Part shown: piece by piece, positions 28,337-41,046 of the stretch | Layout of the letters: every line of letters starts with the position of its first letter | Position numbering within the stretch: the stretch's first letter is position 1 | Assembly (NCBI GenBank): GCA_016125385.1 | Contig: WGLV01000039.1 | Location: 7,343-71,342, forward strand | Reading direction: 5' to 3' | From: a bacterium | Lineage (GTDB): Bacteria > Hinthialibacterota > Hinthialibacteria > Hinthialibacterales > Hinthialibacteraceae | Length of the DNA: 64,000 bases | Notes under the pieces: model-generated | What the model was told of the DNA's origin: nothing | Database searches by the model: none | The model's input: only the letters and a program-made list of their open reading frames with translations | Made by a program: the position numbers and the translations under genes

Positions 28337-28885
28337 ATGAATAATCCGAATCCGGCCGGACAGAAACTGCAATTTGAAACCACGCGTTTCGGCGAAATCG
28401 AAATCGCTGATGGCGACGTGATCGCCATGCCCGAAGGGCTGGTTGGTTTTAACACCTTCCGGCGATGGACCCTGCTGAAAGACCCCGAGCAGGAGCCTTT
28501 TTTGTGGTTGCAATCGCTGGACGACGGCGATCTGGCGTTCGTCGTGGTCAACCCGTTCATCTTCTTCCCAGGCTATGACATCAAGGTTAAACAATCCGAA
28601 CTGGCGCCCCTGCAGTTGGACGATATTACCAAAGCCGAAGTGCTGACCATTGTCACCATTCCATCCAACCCGATGGACCTGACCGCCAATCTGCGCGGAC
28701 CGCTTCTTTTTAACGTGGAAGCCAAACTGGCCAAACAGCTGGTTCTGATCGACGATCGCTATAACACGCGCCACTTTCTGTTGCATGACGTTCCGCCCGA
28801 TCTGGCGGCGCCCCGGGATGGGGGAGACGGCAACGGACAGGCGGCGAAAGAGCCGGATTCATCGTCTGATGAAGACGATAACTAA
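28337..28885 (+). CDS. fliW: Flagellar assembly factor FliW (CsrA-antagonist, flagellin-binding) with an acidic C-terminal extension.
   Basis: TTRFGEIEIADGDVIAMPEGLVGFNTFRRWTLLKDPEQEPFLWLQSLDDGDLAFVVVNPFIFFPGYD matches the FliW consensus (TxFGxIEI...FPxGLxGF...FxWLQSxDDxxLAFxVxxPF). The gene immediately precedes csrA. The start may be the earlier ATG at 28289. Confidence 0.8.
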   Translation: MNNPNPAGQKLQFETTRFGEIEIADGDVIAMPEGLVGFNTFRRWTLLKDPEQEPFLWLQSLDDGDLAFVVVNPFIFFPGYDIKVKQSELAPLQLDDITKAEVLTIVTIPSNPMDLTANLRGPLLFNVEAKLAKQLVLIDDRYNTRHFLLHDVPPDLAAPRDGGDGNGQAAKEPDSSSDEDDN

Positions 28886-28937
28886 CGCGGCCGCGGGGAT
28901 GCGCGGCATGCGCGGGATTTGGGCATAGGAGGCCCGG

Positions 28938-29189
28938 ATGCTGGTACTGAGCCGGAAACGAGACGAGAGCATCATCATCGGCGATGACGTGGTCATCACG
29001 GTGGTTGATATCAAGGGCGAACAGGTGAAGATCGGCGTCACCGCGCCCAAAACCGTCTCGATTCATCGTAAGGAAGTGTATGAGGCCATTCAGCAGGAAA
29101 ACCGCGCGGCCTCCCAGACCCAGCTGCAAAATTTGGCCGGGCTGGTGAAAGTATTGAAAAAACAACCCTCCTCCGACTCAACCAAATAA
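28938..29189 (+). CDS. csrA: Carbon storage regulator CsrA (post-transcriptional regulator), FliW-partnered type.
   Basis: [49 protein letters not shown] is the canonical CsrA sequence. A strong AGGAGG RBS precedes it. Confidence 0.9.
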   Translation: MLVLSRKRDESIIIGDDVVITVVDIKGEQVKIGVTAPKTVSIHRKEVYEAIQQENRAASQTQLQNLAGLVKVLKKQPSSDSTK

Positions 29190-29192
29190 AAA

Positions 29193-29218
29193 AGCGAGGC
29201 GGCGCCTCGCTTTTTTTC
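29193..29218 (+). terminator. Rho-independent terminator after csrA.
   Basis: aaaaaGCGAGGCGGCGCCTCGCttttttt: a GC-rich hairpin followed by a U7 tract. Confidence 0.6.
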
Positions 29219-29269
29219 TCGATTTGAACCCTTCGATTGTTATCGGATCATCAACCGGAATCTCGCGCC

Positions 29270-29815
29270 TTACCACCCGTTACGGTCTCGAAGCGAGGTG
29301 ATGTGCGAGATGTGATGTTTGCCGTGCCATGCGTACATCGCCAGCGCTTCATCCAGCGAGACGTCTCGTTTTGATTCCGGATGAAAATACGCCTTGGCGT
29401 AGTCGCCGCTTTCAAGCGAGCGCAACAGAATCACCCAACGCTGATGTAACGCGCTCAGCAGGGTGAGCGATATCTCCACCGGCGCGAAGCGCGCGTCTTC
29501 GAGCTCGCCCCAGCGGTCTTCGCAATAAGGCCTGATCGTCGGGTGGTCTTCGGTCAACGCCAGGCGAAATCGCACGTAACTGTTGGCGTGGCTGTCGGCC
29601 AGGTGATGAACCACCTGCCGCAGCGTCCAGCCCCCTTCGCGGTACGGCGTGTCGAGCTGTTCGTCGGAAAGGCCGCGCACCGCCTGCGCGAGGTCTTCCG
29701 GAGCCGATTCGATGTCGCTGATGTACATCATGCGTTGGTCTTCATCACACGGCCCGCAGTATGAAAACTGCCCGATGGGGAACCGCAATTCTTCGAGATT
29801 CGCTTCAATCGGCAT
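29270..29815 (-). CDS. DinB/YfiT-family (DinB_2) putative metal-dependent hydrolase / thiol transferase-like protein.
   Basis: The four-helix bundle has the conserved His triad context (VVHHLADSHANSY...WHGKHHISHI) typical of DinB_2/YfiT/BstA-like proteins. Confidence 0.8.
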   Translation of the reverse strand: MPIEANLEELRFPIGQFSYCGPCDEDQRMMYISDIESAPEDLAQAVRGLSDEQLDTPYREGGWTLRQVVHHLADSHANSYVRFRLALTEDHPTIRPYCEDRWGELEDARFAPVEISLTLLSALHQRWVILLRSLESGDYAKAYFHPESKRDVSLDEALAMYAWHGKHHISHITSLRDRNGW

Positions 29816-29834
29816 GGCGTCGCCTCTTTCTTCG

Positions 29835-31787
29835 TTAATCGGATTTAAGAATCGGGAACTCGGAGATGCGCAAGCGGGTTGATCCGTATGGTACCAATTC
29901 TAACTCGACCGGCGGCCGATCGGAAACCACTGGACTGCGCGGCGTCTCGCCCGCGGAGTTCTGCTCCAGCGTCCATCCGGGCAGCTGGCGTCCCTTCACC
30001 TTCAGAACGATCGGCGGCCAATCGTCGCTGAAGGGAGGCTTCTCATCCGAAATGCCCTGTATTTCCGTCTCGATCGAGTTTTCCGGATGATCGGCGTCGA
30101 GTTGCAGCGCGTAGTTCCAATCGGTGGTGGGGTAAATCTCATAGTCGGCGGATGGCAGTTTATCGTCATGCCGTGCGATTTCTTTGAACCGTTCGCCGAT
30201 TCGCAGCGAAAAAACCAGCGGTCCACGTAAAATTGTCGCCGCGTCGTTGTATCGGCGTTCGACGCGAGCGGGCGTCTGAAACGTCAACACGGCCTGCTCG
30301 CCGTCGCGCCAGTTACGCGAAAGCGTTACGAACTGGCCGGGCCGGGCTTGAAACGCCGTGCCCGCGATGCTGATGGAGGCCTTTTGCGCCCAACCGGGTA
30401 TGCGCAACGTGAGTGGAAACGCGACGGGTTCGGAGGTGTGAATGGTAAAGGTGATCCGATCGTCGAAGGGATAACTGGTGGTTTCGTCGATGGAGACTAC
30501 CACACCGCGGCCGACTTTCGCCGTGACGCGCGACGGGCCGTAGGCGGCGGCCGCCAGCCCGCCGTCACGCGACGCCATCCACAGATGCGAAACGAATTTC
30601 GGCCAGCCCTGGTGCATATTGGCGGTGCAGCAGCCGAAGTGCGGTTCGAGGCCGAAGATGTTGGATGCGTCGCCGTTGTCGGTCCAGTTTCGTTTGGCGA
30701 CGGTGCAGAGAACCTGGTTGGCCTGCTGGTCGTATTGATGCGCCCGGAAATCGGCGGTGGTCGTGCCGGGCAACGCGTTGTACGCCAGCGATTCGAGGCG
30801 ATCTGAAAACGCGGCGTCGCCGGTAATTCGGATCAGGTTCTCCAGGCTGAACATCGATTCGACGACGGTGCAGAGTTCCGTCCCCTGTGTGGGAGCGAGC
30901 CCGGCGAGGTGTTCGTCGCAACTGAAGCGCCCTCCAACCTGGCCGTGGTAGCGGTCGAGATTTTCCAGCGCGGCGTACGACGCCTTCAGCGCGGTCTCGT
31001 CTCCGGTCAGCAGGTATTCCAGCGCGGGGTATTTGATCGCCATGCCGTTGTTGACGCCGTGGGTCTGGTGATAATTCGCACGGCAGTCGGTGGTGTACGT
31101 CTTGAACGGAAAATTGAGATAGTTGTTCGTCCAGTTGAAGCTGTTGGCGAGAATCGAACGCGCCGCGTCGAGCGCTGCGGTTTCACCCGTCCGGTTATAC
31201 AGCCAGTACGCCGCGATCAGGTTTTCGCGGGCGCGCACGCCGCGCCATTCCGAATCGGGCCAGTCGGGCGGCTGGCTCGCCATGTATCGGAAATAGTGTG
31301 TAAGCAGCGGGATCACGCGTTCATCGCCGGACGCCTCCTGATACTGGATGAGCGCCTTCATCGCGGGGGCGAGCGGCCAGCGGTCGTTATTTTTCGCGGG
31401 ACCGAACCATCCGTTATCCTGTCCGCTTTCGAGAATGACGTTCATCCAGCCCTCGACTTTGGCGATCAACCGCGAGTCGTCCAGCAGGTAGGCGAGCGGA
31501 ACGAGGCCGTCGAGGTAGTATGGGCCGCGTTCCCATGCGTCGCCGTCTTTCCCACGCCACGCCGAGTCGCGTACGCTGGGCCAGAACTCATCGAGGTGAC
31601 CGGTGAGGCCGTCGGCGGCGGTCTGGAGCTGCGCCCGCAGCCAGCCCGCCGGTTTCACCGCGCCCAGCGGCAGATCGGCGAAGACTTCATCCTTCAGCGG
31701 CGGTTGATTGGGGTATACGTCCGTCGAAGCGGCCATGACGGCGGACGCGGAAAGCAGCAGAGCGGCGGTCAATGCGATGAATTTCAT
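29835..31787 (-). CDS. Secreted glycoside hydrolase family 127-like (DUF1680; beta-L-arabinofuranosidase HypBA1 family).
   Basis: The signal peptide is MKFIALTAALLLSASAVMA. It has the GH127 (alpha/alpha)6 barrel signatures. It has the C-terminal Cys-rich Zn site region (EPHFGCCTANMHQGWPKF) typical of HypBA1-type enzymes. Confidence 0.85.
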   Translation of the reverse strand: MKFIALTAALLLSASAVMAASTDVYPNQPPLKDEVFADLPLGAVKPAGWLRAQLQTAADGLTGHLDEFWPSVRDSAWRGKDGDAWERGPYYLDGLVPLAYLLDDSRLIAKVEGWMNVILESGQDNGWFGPAKNNDRWPLAPAMKALIQYQEASGDERVIPLLTHYFRYMASQPPDWPDSEWRGVRARENLIAAYWLYNRTGETAALDAARSILANSFNWTNNYLNFPFKTYTTDCRANYHQTHGVNNGMAIKYPALEYLLTGDETALKASYAALENLDRYHGQVGGRFSCDEHLAGLAPTQGTELCTVVESMFSLENLIRITGDAAFSDRLESLAYNALPGTTTADFRAHQYDQQANQVLCTVAKRNWTDNGDASNIFGLEPHFGCCTANMHQGWPKFVSHLWMASRDGGLAAAAYGPSRVTAKVGRGVVVSIDETTSYPFDDRITFTIHTSEPVAFPLTLRIPGWAQKASISIAGTAFQARPGQFVTLSRNWRDGEQAVLTFQTPARVERRYNDAATILRGPLVFSLRIGERFKEIARHDDKLPSADYEIYPTTDWNYALQLDADHPENSIETEIQGISDEKPPFSDDWPPIVLKVKGRQLPGWTLEQNSAGETPRSPVVSDRPPVELELVPYGSTRLRISEFPILKSD

Positions 31788-31802
31788 GATGAGGTCTCCC
31801 TG

Positions 31803-32609
31803 TTATTTCTCCGGTTGTTGAACCGGATGCGTTTCAAACCAGTGCGCGGCGTCTTTGAAGGTCGCCGTCCAGATGGCGTCGTCATTGGCGAGACGCTTGA
31901 GCATCCCCTCGAACTTCTCCGGCGCGATCGGATGCCAGCCTTCTTCATTCATGCCGTGCAGGCCGATCACAAGCCAGTATCCCTTCGCTTCCGCTTCATC
32001 GATTTTGGCGACGATCTCTTCCAGCGGCGTGTCGGAATACGGCCACCAGCTCTGCACGTTATACAGGTCGAGCTCGCCGGGCTGGTTGAAGATTTTTCCG
32101 CCCACGCGCGCGGCCGCGTAATATTTTTCAACGACCGCCTTCACCTCGGGCGACGACTGGTTATACGGAAACGCGAAGGTGACCGGCTCGGCTACGCCCA
32201 GGTTGTCGATCAGCGCCCGTTTCGAGTCAGAGATCTCTTTCTCGTACGCTTCGGGATCAATGGTGGGCAACGCGGGATGAGTGCAGGTATGGCTGCCGAT
32301 CTCATAACCGCGATCGAGCAGGGTCTTCCACTGGGGCCAGGTTCCATGATCGGCGCCTTCGTTGTATGAGTCGGTGATTTCGCCGGTTTTCATGGGTTTG
32401 ACCCACGAGGTGATGAGGTTGAACGACGCCTTGAGGCGATACTTGTCGAGCAGATCGGCCATTTGCGAGGCGGAATCCCAGAAACCGTCGTCGATCGAGA
32501 TCGTAACCGCGCATTGCTTGCCCTCGGGGAACTCAAACGCGGGTTCGTCCGCGAAGGTCGACGGGGATACAAGCAGAACGCCCAGGATGGTCCAAATAAT
32601 TGTTTTCAT
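31803..32609 (-). CDS. Secreted CE4 polysaccharide deacetylase (NodB homology domain).
   Basis: The signal peptide is MKTIIWTILGVLLVSPSTFA. The NodB motifs are TISIDDG (motif 1, the DD metal/acid pair) and GSHTCTHP (motif 2, H-x-x-x-x-H). Confidence 0.8.
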   Translation of the reverse strand: MKTIIWTILGVLLVSPSTFADEPAFEFPEGKQCAVTISIDDGFWDSASQMADLLDKYRLKASFNLITSWVKPMKTGEITDSYNEGADHGTWPQWKTLLDRGYEIGSHTCTHPALPTIDPEAYEKEISDSKRALIDNLGVAEPVTFAFPYNQSSPEVKAVVEKYYAAARVGGKIFNQPGELDLYNVQSWWPYSDTPLEEIVAKIDEAEAKGYWLVIGLHGMNEEGWHPIAPEKFEGMLKRLANDDAIWTATFKDAAHWFETHPVQQPEK

Positions 32610-32759
32610 GATATGGATACTCTCCCGCTGATTCGATGAGAACATGGGTGTATTCAATCACAACGAGGGCGAAAAGTGGATGGAAGATGGAAGCAAATCG
32701 GGGCGGCAACTCAGCCGCCCCGTTCCGTTCGTCATGCGTTTGGCGTCAGGGAAGTTCGT

Positions 32760-33563
32760 TCAGCGATACAGAGACCAGCCGCCCGCGCTGGATGAGCCGG
32801 TTGCGTATTCCGATTCGATATCGCCGTGGATGTACAGATAATCGGCGTCGGCGGTCAGCGGCGGCGTGCTGCCCGCGCCAACCTGCATGAAGACCTGGTA
32901 CTGCCCCGAACCCGCGCCCACCGTCTGAGTGAACGTGTGGCCCGACGTGGCGCCGTACGGCAACAGATGCGTCCAGCCCAGCCCGTCAAAATTGTAATAG
33001 ACGTCCACTGGCTGGCTTGGGCCGTTAAACTCAATGCGGACTTCCATTACATCGGGGAACCGGTCAACGTAATTGACCCATGGTTCAGGGACGGGATTCC
33101 CGCCGCCAAACGCCGTGCTGTCCCAGATGTAATAGTTATTTTTGTCGGGATTTTGAATTTCATAATAGAGGGCGTAATCGGGTTTGATTTCGCCGTTGTC
33201 TGATGAACTTCCCAGATAAAACACCAGGTCCGAAGCCAACCCCTGCAGGGTGATCTTCAATACGTCCCATTGTGATTGAGAAACTTTCTCAACGTTGCGG
33301 AAACTGTATTCAATCGTGAACGAGGTTCCGGTGAAGACGGGCGAGATGATGCTGTGTTTGGGCAGCCCCCAGTCCCATGCGGTCAGTGCGTCGATGGTCC
33401 ATGTTTCGTTATCGTTCGCGTTGGGGGTTACCGCGCCGCCGTCTTCGTTGAAGGTGAAGCCGGGTGAGAGCGTGGCGGCGTTGAAATCTTCCATCAGCGC
33501 CTTTTCAGCGAACGCCGAGGGCGTAATCAGAACCAGAGCGATCAGAATCCAATAGCTTCGCAT
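32760..33563 (-). CDS. Secreted hypothetical protein (predicted beta-sandwich, aromatic/Gly-rich).
   Basis: The signal peptide is MRSYWILIALVLITPSAFA. I recognise no catalytic motif. Same strand and context as the CAZyme genes. Confidence 0.6.
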   Translation of the reverse strand: MRSYWILIALVLITPSAFAEKALMEDFNAATLSPGFTFNEDGGAVTPNANDNETWTIDALTAWDWGLPKHSIISPVFTGTSFTIEYSFRNVEKVSQSQWDVLKITLQGLASDLVFYLGSSSDNGEIKPDYALYYEIQNPDKNNYYIWDSTAFGGGNPVPEPWVNYVDRFPDVMEVRIEFNGPSQPVDVYYNFDGLGWTHLLPYGATSGHTFTQTVGAGSGQYQVFMQVGAGSTPPLTADADYLYIHGDIESEYATGSSSAGGWSLYR

Positions 33564-33798
33564 GATCTTGTTTTCCTCCCAATGATGGTTTTGTTTTATA
33601 TCCGTATGGGTGGCATGAGACAACATGAAAAGGAAAACAGGCATAGCATAGAGCGAACGCCAGAACGCAATTTATACCACTACGCTACAGATCGTTTTCG
33701 ATGTCAACCCTCTTGCCGATTGGCTCGCTTGATGGAATGAAAAAAGCGGAGGACGAATCCTCCGCTTTTTATCCGTCGATATGCTGATCCTCGCCGGT

Positions 33799-36474
<2,676 letters not shown>

Positions 36475-36719
36475 AGGATTACTCTTTCTTTGTGCGTTAT
36501 CGTTAGCAATTTACTTTTCTCTTTTATTATAGACGACCGAGTTTGGTTGCCGTACCTGCCCGGCGATTTGCATCGCTTCACTCTTCCATCACAGACTGGG
36601 ATTCATGAATCGGCCCCAGCGAAAACGGGTTCACGTTGCGTTTGACGACTGAATAATTTAGGATTCGTTACAAAACATGCTTTTAAGTGAAGATATTAAA
36701 CCACGATCGGGAGCCGTTC

Positions 36720-39200
36720 ATGAAGACTTTGAAACTGCTTTTGGGATTGATGATCTCCGTGTCAATCGCCGCGCCAATGCGGGCCGCCGGTGAAGAAATC
36801 GCGTTTCAACAGGGCCTCGCCATCAGCGGCGTCGTTACGCGGGGCCGCGCCGCCATCCGGGAAGATCTGGTGCTCGACCGGCTGGCGTCCGGTTCGTGGA
36901 AGATTCCGGCGGTCAGCGACGCGCTATCCAGCGATGAACTGGGTGAACATGAATGGTCAACCATCGAGCCCAATGACGATGGGGTCTATACCGGCCGGGC
37001 GATGCGGGGCGGCTACGTTTTTTTTCGCGTCGAGTCGGATGAAGAACAAGTCATGCTGCTGGAATCGGCGGGCCACTCGATGGTGTACGTCAATGGCGAA
37101 CCGCGCTACGGCGACCCTTACCAGTGGGGATTCTGTAAAACGCCGGTGTTATTGAAACGGGGTGAAAACCAGTTTCTGTTTCAATGCAGCCGGGGGCGTC
37201 TGACGGCGAAACTGATCGATCCGCCGGCGCCGGCGTTCATCAATACCGGCGACGCGACGCTGCCCGACTGGCGCGTTGGTGAATCGCAAAATCCGCTGGC
37301 GTCGATCCTGATCGAAAACGCTTCGACCAGAACGCTCGATAATCTATTCATCCGCGCGAAGGTTGAAAACGGCGGTCAGACGCTGAGCCAGATCCCCTCG
37401 CTCGGGCCGCTTGAACAGCGCAAGGCGGCCTTCGTGCTTCCCGCCCGGCCTGATGGAGAACCCGGTGCATACGCCGTTTCGCTTGAATTGATTCAGGATG
37501 ACGACGCGGGCATGCGCTCGTTGCACCAGGCGGAAATCCGCGTTCAATTGCGCGCGCAGGATGAGAGTTACAGACGAACCTTCCGAAGCGATATCGACGG
37601 CAGCGTGCAATACTATGCGGTTCAACCCGCTCATCCGGTTCCGGGCAAGCCGGCGCGCTCGCTGTTTCTATCGCTGCATGGCGCCAGCGTCGAGGCGATC
37701 AATCAGGCCAACGCGTACGCCCCCAAACGCTGGGGAACGCTGGTGGCCGCGACGAATCGCAGGCCTTACGGCTTCGATTGGGAAGACTGGGGCCGTCTCG
37801 ACGCGCTGGAGGTTCTTCAGCACGCGAAAGACGAGTTCAACCCCGACCCGTCGCGCGTCTACCTGACCGGTCATTCGATGGGCGGGCATGGAACCTGGCA
37901 GTTGGGCGCGACGTTTCCCGGGCGCTGGGCGGCGATCGGCCCCAGCGCGGGGTGGATCAGCTTCTGGTCGTATGCGGACGCGAAGGATTTTGAAAACCCG
38001 TCTCCCCTCGAAGCGATGATGCGGAGGTCTTCAAGCCCCAGCGATACCCTGGGGTTGATCGAAAACTATCAATATGAGGCGGTCTATATTCTTCATGGTG
38101 GAGCGGACGACGTTGTACCGCCCTCCGAGGCGCGCGAGATGTTTGAAAGGCTGGGCGCGTTTCATCCCGAGGTTCTGTATCACGAGCAACCCGGCGTGGG
38201 ACACTGGTGGGATGACTCGGATGAACCGGGCGCGAGTTGCGTCGACTGGCGGCCGATGTTCGATCTGTTCGCTCAGCGCCGCATCCCCGCCAATGAGGAA
38301 ATCCGCGATGTTACTTTCGTAACGATGAACCCTGAGGTGTCCTCCGATTGCTTCTGGCTGCGTGTGGAAGCCCAGACGTCGCAACTACAGCCCAGCCGCG
38401 CGGCGGTGAGCTATAACCCGCATGGCCGTAGGTTTTCCGGCGTGACGGACAACGTCGAGCGCATCTCGTTCTCTCTTGATTCCATCGCGGCGGGCGAGCC
38501 TCTTTCCGTAACGCTGGATGGAACCGAACTCGCCTCCATCGCATGGCCGAGCGGCGAAGGCCGTTTGCGGCTTGAGCGCAAGGGAGACGCCTGGCGCGTG
38601 ATCAAGCGCGCGGATGAAGGCGTAAAGGGCCCGCTGCGTTATGGTCCTTTTAAGAATGCGTTCAATCACGACATGGTGTTCGTTTATGGTACGCGCGGCA
38701 CGGAAGAAGAAAACGCCTGGGCGTACGCCAAGGCGCGTTACGACGCCGAATCGTTCGCCTATCGCGGAAACGGTTCCATCGACGTCATCGCGGACGCTGG
38801 TTTCGATCCCGATACGTACGCGGGCCGCGGCGTCATTCTGTATGGTCACGCCGAGATGAATTCCGCCTGGAAGACGCTGTTAAACGATTCGCCCGTGCAG
38901 GTTCATCGTGGCGCGGTTTCCATCGGCGATAAGCGATTCGAGGGCGAAGACAAACTCGCGCTGTTTCTTCGCCCGCGCCGCGATGATGATTGCGCTTCGG
39001 TGGGAGTCGTCGCCGGGACGGGAATGGCCGGAATGCGCGCGCTGGACGGCTTGCCGTATTTCGTTTCGGGCGTCGGTTTTCCGGATTGCATGGTTGCGTC
39101 GGCGTCGTATCTGTCCGAAGGGTATGGCGGCGTGCTGTCGGCCGGCTTTTTCGGGAATGACTGGAGCATCGAAGAAGGCGACTTCGCATTCCAGCAATGA
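36720..39200 (+). CDS. Large secreted multi-domain protein with an alpha/beta-hydrolase (S9 prolyl-oligopeptidase/esterase-like) core.
   Basis: The signal peptide is MKTLKLLLGLMISVSIAAPMRA. The nucleophile elbow is TGHSMGGHGTW (GxSxG). Downstream acid/His regions are LHGGADDVVP and GVGHWWDD. N- and C-terminal beta-rich accessory domains follow. Confidence 0.75.
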   Translation: MKTLKLLLGLMISVSIAAPMRAAGEEIAFQQGLAISGVVTRGRAAIREDLVLDRLASGSWKIPAVSDALSSDELGEHEWSTIEPNDDGVYTGRAMRGGYVFFRVESDEEQVMLLESAGHSMVYVNGEPRYGDPYQWGFCKTPVLLKRGENQFLFQCSRGRLTAKLIDPPAPAFINTGDATLPDWRVGESQNPLASILIENASTRTLDNLFIRAKVENGGQTLSQIPSLGPLEQRKAAFVLPARPDGEPGAYAVSLELIQDDDAGMRSLHQAEIRVQLRAQDESYRRTFRSDIDGSVQYYAVQPAHPVPGKPARSLFLSLHGASVEAINQANAYAPKRWGTLVAATNRRPYGFDWEDWGRLDALEVLQHAKDEFNPDPSRVYLTGHSMGGHGTWQLGATFPGRWAAIGPSAGWISFWSYADAKDFENPSPLEAMMRRSSSPSDTLGLIENYQYEAVYILHGGADDVVPPSEAREMFERLGAFHPEVLYHEQPGVGHWWDDSDEPGASCVDWRPMFDLFAQRRIPANEEIRDVTFVTMNPEVSSDCFWLRVEAQTSQLQPSRAAVSYNPHGRRFSGVTDNVERISFSLDSIAAGEPLSVTLDGTELASIAWPSGEGRLRLERKGDAWRVIKRADEGVKGPLRYGPFKNAFNHDMVFVYGTRGTEEENAWAYAKARYDAESFAYRGNGSIDVIADAGFDPDTYAGRGVILYGHAEMNSAWKTLLNDSPVQVHRGAVSIGDKRFEGEDKLALFLRPRRDDDCASVGVVAGTGMAGMRALDGLPYFVSGVGFPDCMVASASYLSEGYGGVLSAGFFGNDWSIEEGDFAFQQ

Positions 39201-39285
39201 GCTGGGCGGATTGCGGTTCATTGAAATCAAAAAGCCCCCGGACGAATCATCCGGGGGCTTTCGATTGTGCGATGAAACAAGGGCG

Positions 39286-40806
39286 TCAGTCGTCTTCCGG
39301 CAGGGGCTGGCCCTTGGTTTCCGGAGCCCAGATCAACGCGACGATGCCAATCACGTAGATGAACGACATCATCACGGCCGCCATACGGAACGGATGTTCG
39401 ACGCCGTTGTCCTGCAGCAGGGTGCGTAGATTCATCATCAAGATGGGGAACGGCGCGGCCAGATAACGGACCGTGTTGTAACAGAAGCCCACGCCGGTGC
39501 CGCGCAGCCGGGTTGGATACAACTCGGGGTAATAAATCGAATAGCATCCAAACACCGCCAGCTGAGCGAAGCCCATCATGGGCAGCATCCAGTAGGCGTC
39601 GCTGGGCTGATTGAGGCTGAGAAACACGAAGATGGTGATGACCAGCGACAGACTGAACGCGAACAGAAACGCGAGACGGCGTCCGAGATACGCCGCGATG
39701 AAGGTCACCGCCATCATGCCGCAGAACGAACCGACATCCTGCAGCGCGGTGCCGATCGATCGAACCCGGTCGACCTCGACTTGAGGCAGGGCGGAGAGCG
39801 CGTTCTCGATCAGCTCGGGCGAGAAAAAGCCGATGCCCCACAGCCCGGCCATCCCCGAGATGCCGAACATGATGCCGATAATGGTGTGGTGACGCCAGCG
39901 AGGGTGTTTGAAGAGGTCGGCGACGGTACCCATCTGGTGAGCGGGTTCGCCGGATTGAGCGCGTTTTTTCGCTTCGACCCAGCTCTGCGGCTCCCGCAGA
40001 ACCGTAATGATGGGAATGATCAGAATCGCCGGCAGAATGCCGACGAAGAACAGGATACGCCAGCCTTCAAAACCGAGAAGAACGTCCTGCGAACCGGGGG
40101 GCACCCCCAGGCTGATCAGCGAACCCATGATGTTGCCGGTGGCCGACAACGCCTGAAGCGAACCCAGCGCCAGGGCGCGGAACGCGGGCGGCACGCTCTC
40201 GGCGACCAATGCGGTGGCCGCGCCGAACATGCCGCCGACTCCAAGTCCAACCAGGAACCGGTATATCACGAAGTCGATCCACGTATGCGATGCGCCGGAT
40301 AGCCCCGTGAATACGGAATACGTCAACAGCGTGGCCGTCATCGTTTTCACCCGGCCGATCTTGTCGCTCATCATGCCGAAGATGATGCCGCCGGTCGCCC
40401 AGCCGATGATCATCGACGTGGTGGCGACGCCGCCGTACCAGTTCACCTCGTTTTTCACCAGTTTCATGATGTACGACTGCTGCTCGGCGGGCAGAAGCCG
40501 CACCTGGTCCATCGATTCGATCTTGGGCAGCGCCGCTTTCTGATCGGCGGTCCAGTTCAGGTCTTCGTCGATCCAGCTGGGCAGCCCTTCCACCAGGTGT
40601 TCTTCCATGACGGACTGAAGCGCCCACGATCGCGCCAGAATGAAAAGACGCTGGTCCATACAGTCGAACAACCATCCGCACGAAGCGATGATAACCACCA
40701 GCCAGTGGTACCATGTTACTCCGGCGAATGGACTTTGCGATTTCGCGGTCGAGTTCACTCGATCATCCTCCCATCGGTTTGTGGTTTGATATGCCTGCAG
40801 TTGCAT
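39286..40806 (-). CDS. MFS-superfamily transporter with a ~90-residue extracytoplasmic insertion between TM1 and TM2.
   Basis: 12 predicted TMs. The MFS motif A-like region is GMMSDKIGRVKTM. The inserted hydrophilic loop is ALQSVMEEHLVEGLPSWIDEDLNWTADQKAALPKIESMDQVRLLPAEQQSYIMKLVKNEVNW. Confidence 0.8.
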   Translation of the reverse strand: MQLQAYQTTNRWEDDRVNSTAKSQSPFAGVTWYHWLVVIIASCGWLFDCMDQRLFILARSWALQSVMEEHLVEGLPSWIDEDLNWTADQKAALPKIESMDQVRLLPAEQQSYIMKLVKNEVNWYGGVATTSMIIGWATGGIIFGMMSDKIGRVKTMTATLLTYSVFTGLSGASHTWIDFVIYRFLVGLGVGGMFGAATALVAESVPPAFRALALGSLQALSATGNIMGSLISLGVPPGSQDVLLGFEGWRILFFVGILPAILIIPIITVLREPQSWVEAKKRAQSGEPAHQMGTVADLFKHPRWRHHTIIGIMFGISGMAGLWGIGFFSPELIENALSALPQVEVDRVRSIGTALQDVGSFCGMMAVTFIAAYLGRRLAFLFAFSLSLVITIFVFLSLNQPSDAYWMLPMMGFAQLAVFGCYSIYYPELYPTRLRGTGVGFCYNTVRYLAAPFPILMMNLRTLLQDNGVEHPFRMAAVMMSFIYVIGIVALIWAPETKGQPLPEDD

Positions 40807-41046
40807 CCATGCGCCATCGCGCCAGAATCAATCAGCCGATCGACCGGCCGATATGAATTGCTACGATTTTTTAGAACATCGCCCGAACTGTCAAGCGCAA
40901 CGGGTATTCCAAGGGCGGCGACTGGGCGCTGACGAGGCGGTGAGTCGCACCGTATCGTCCAGCCGGACGGCGTCTTCACGCTTCCACGTCCGTGGATGTT
41001 CCTCTATCCTTTGTCTACATTTTCACGAGCAAGGAGCCCGAACAGA

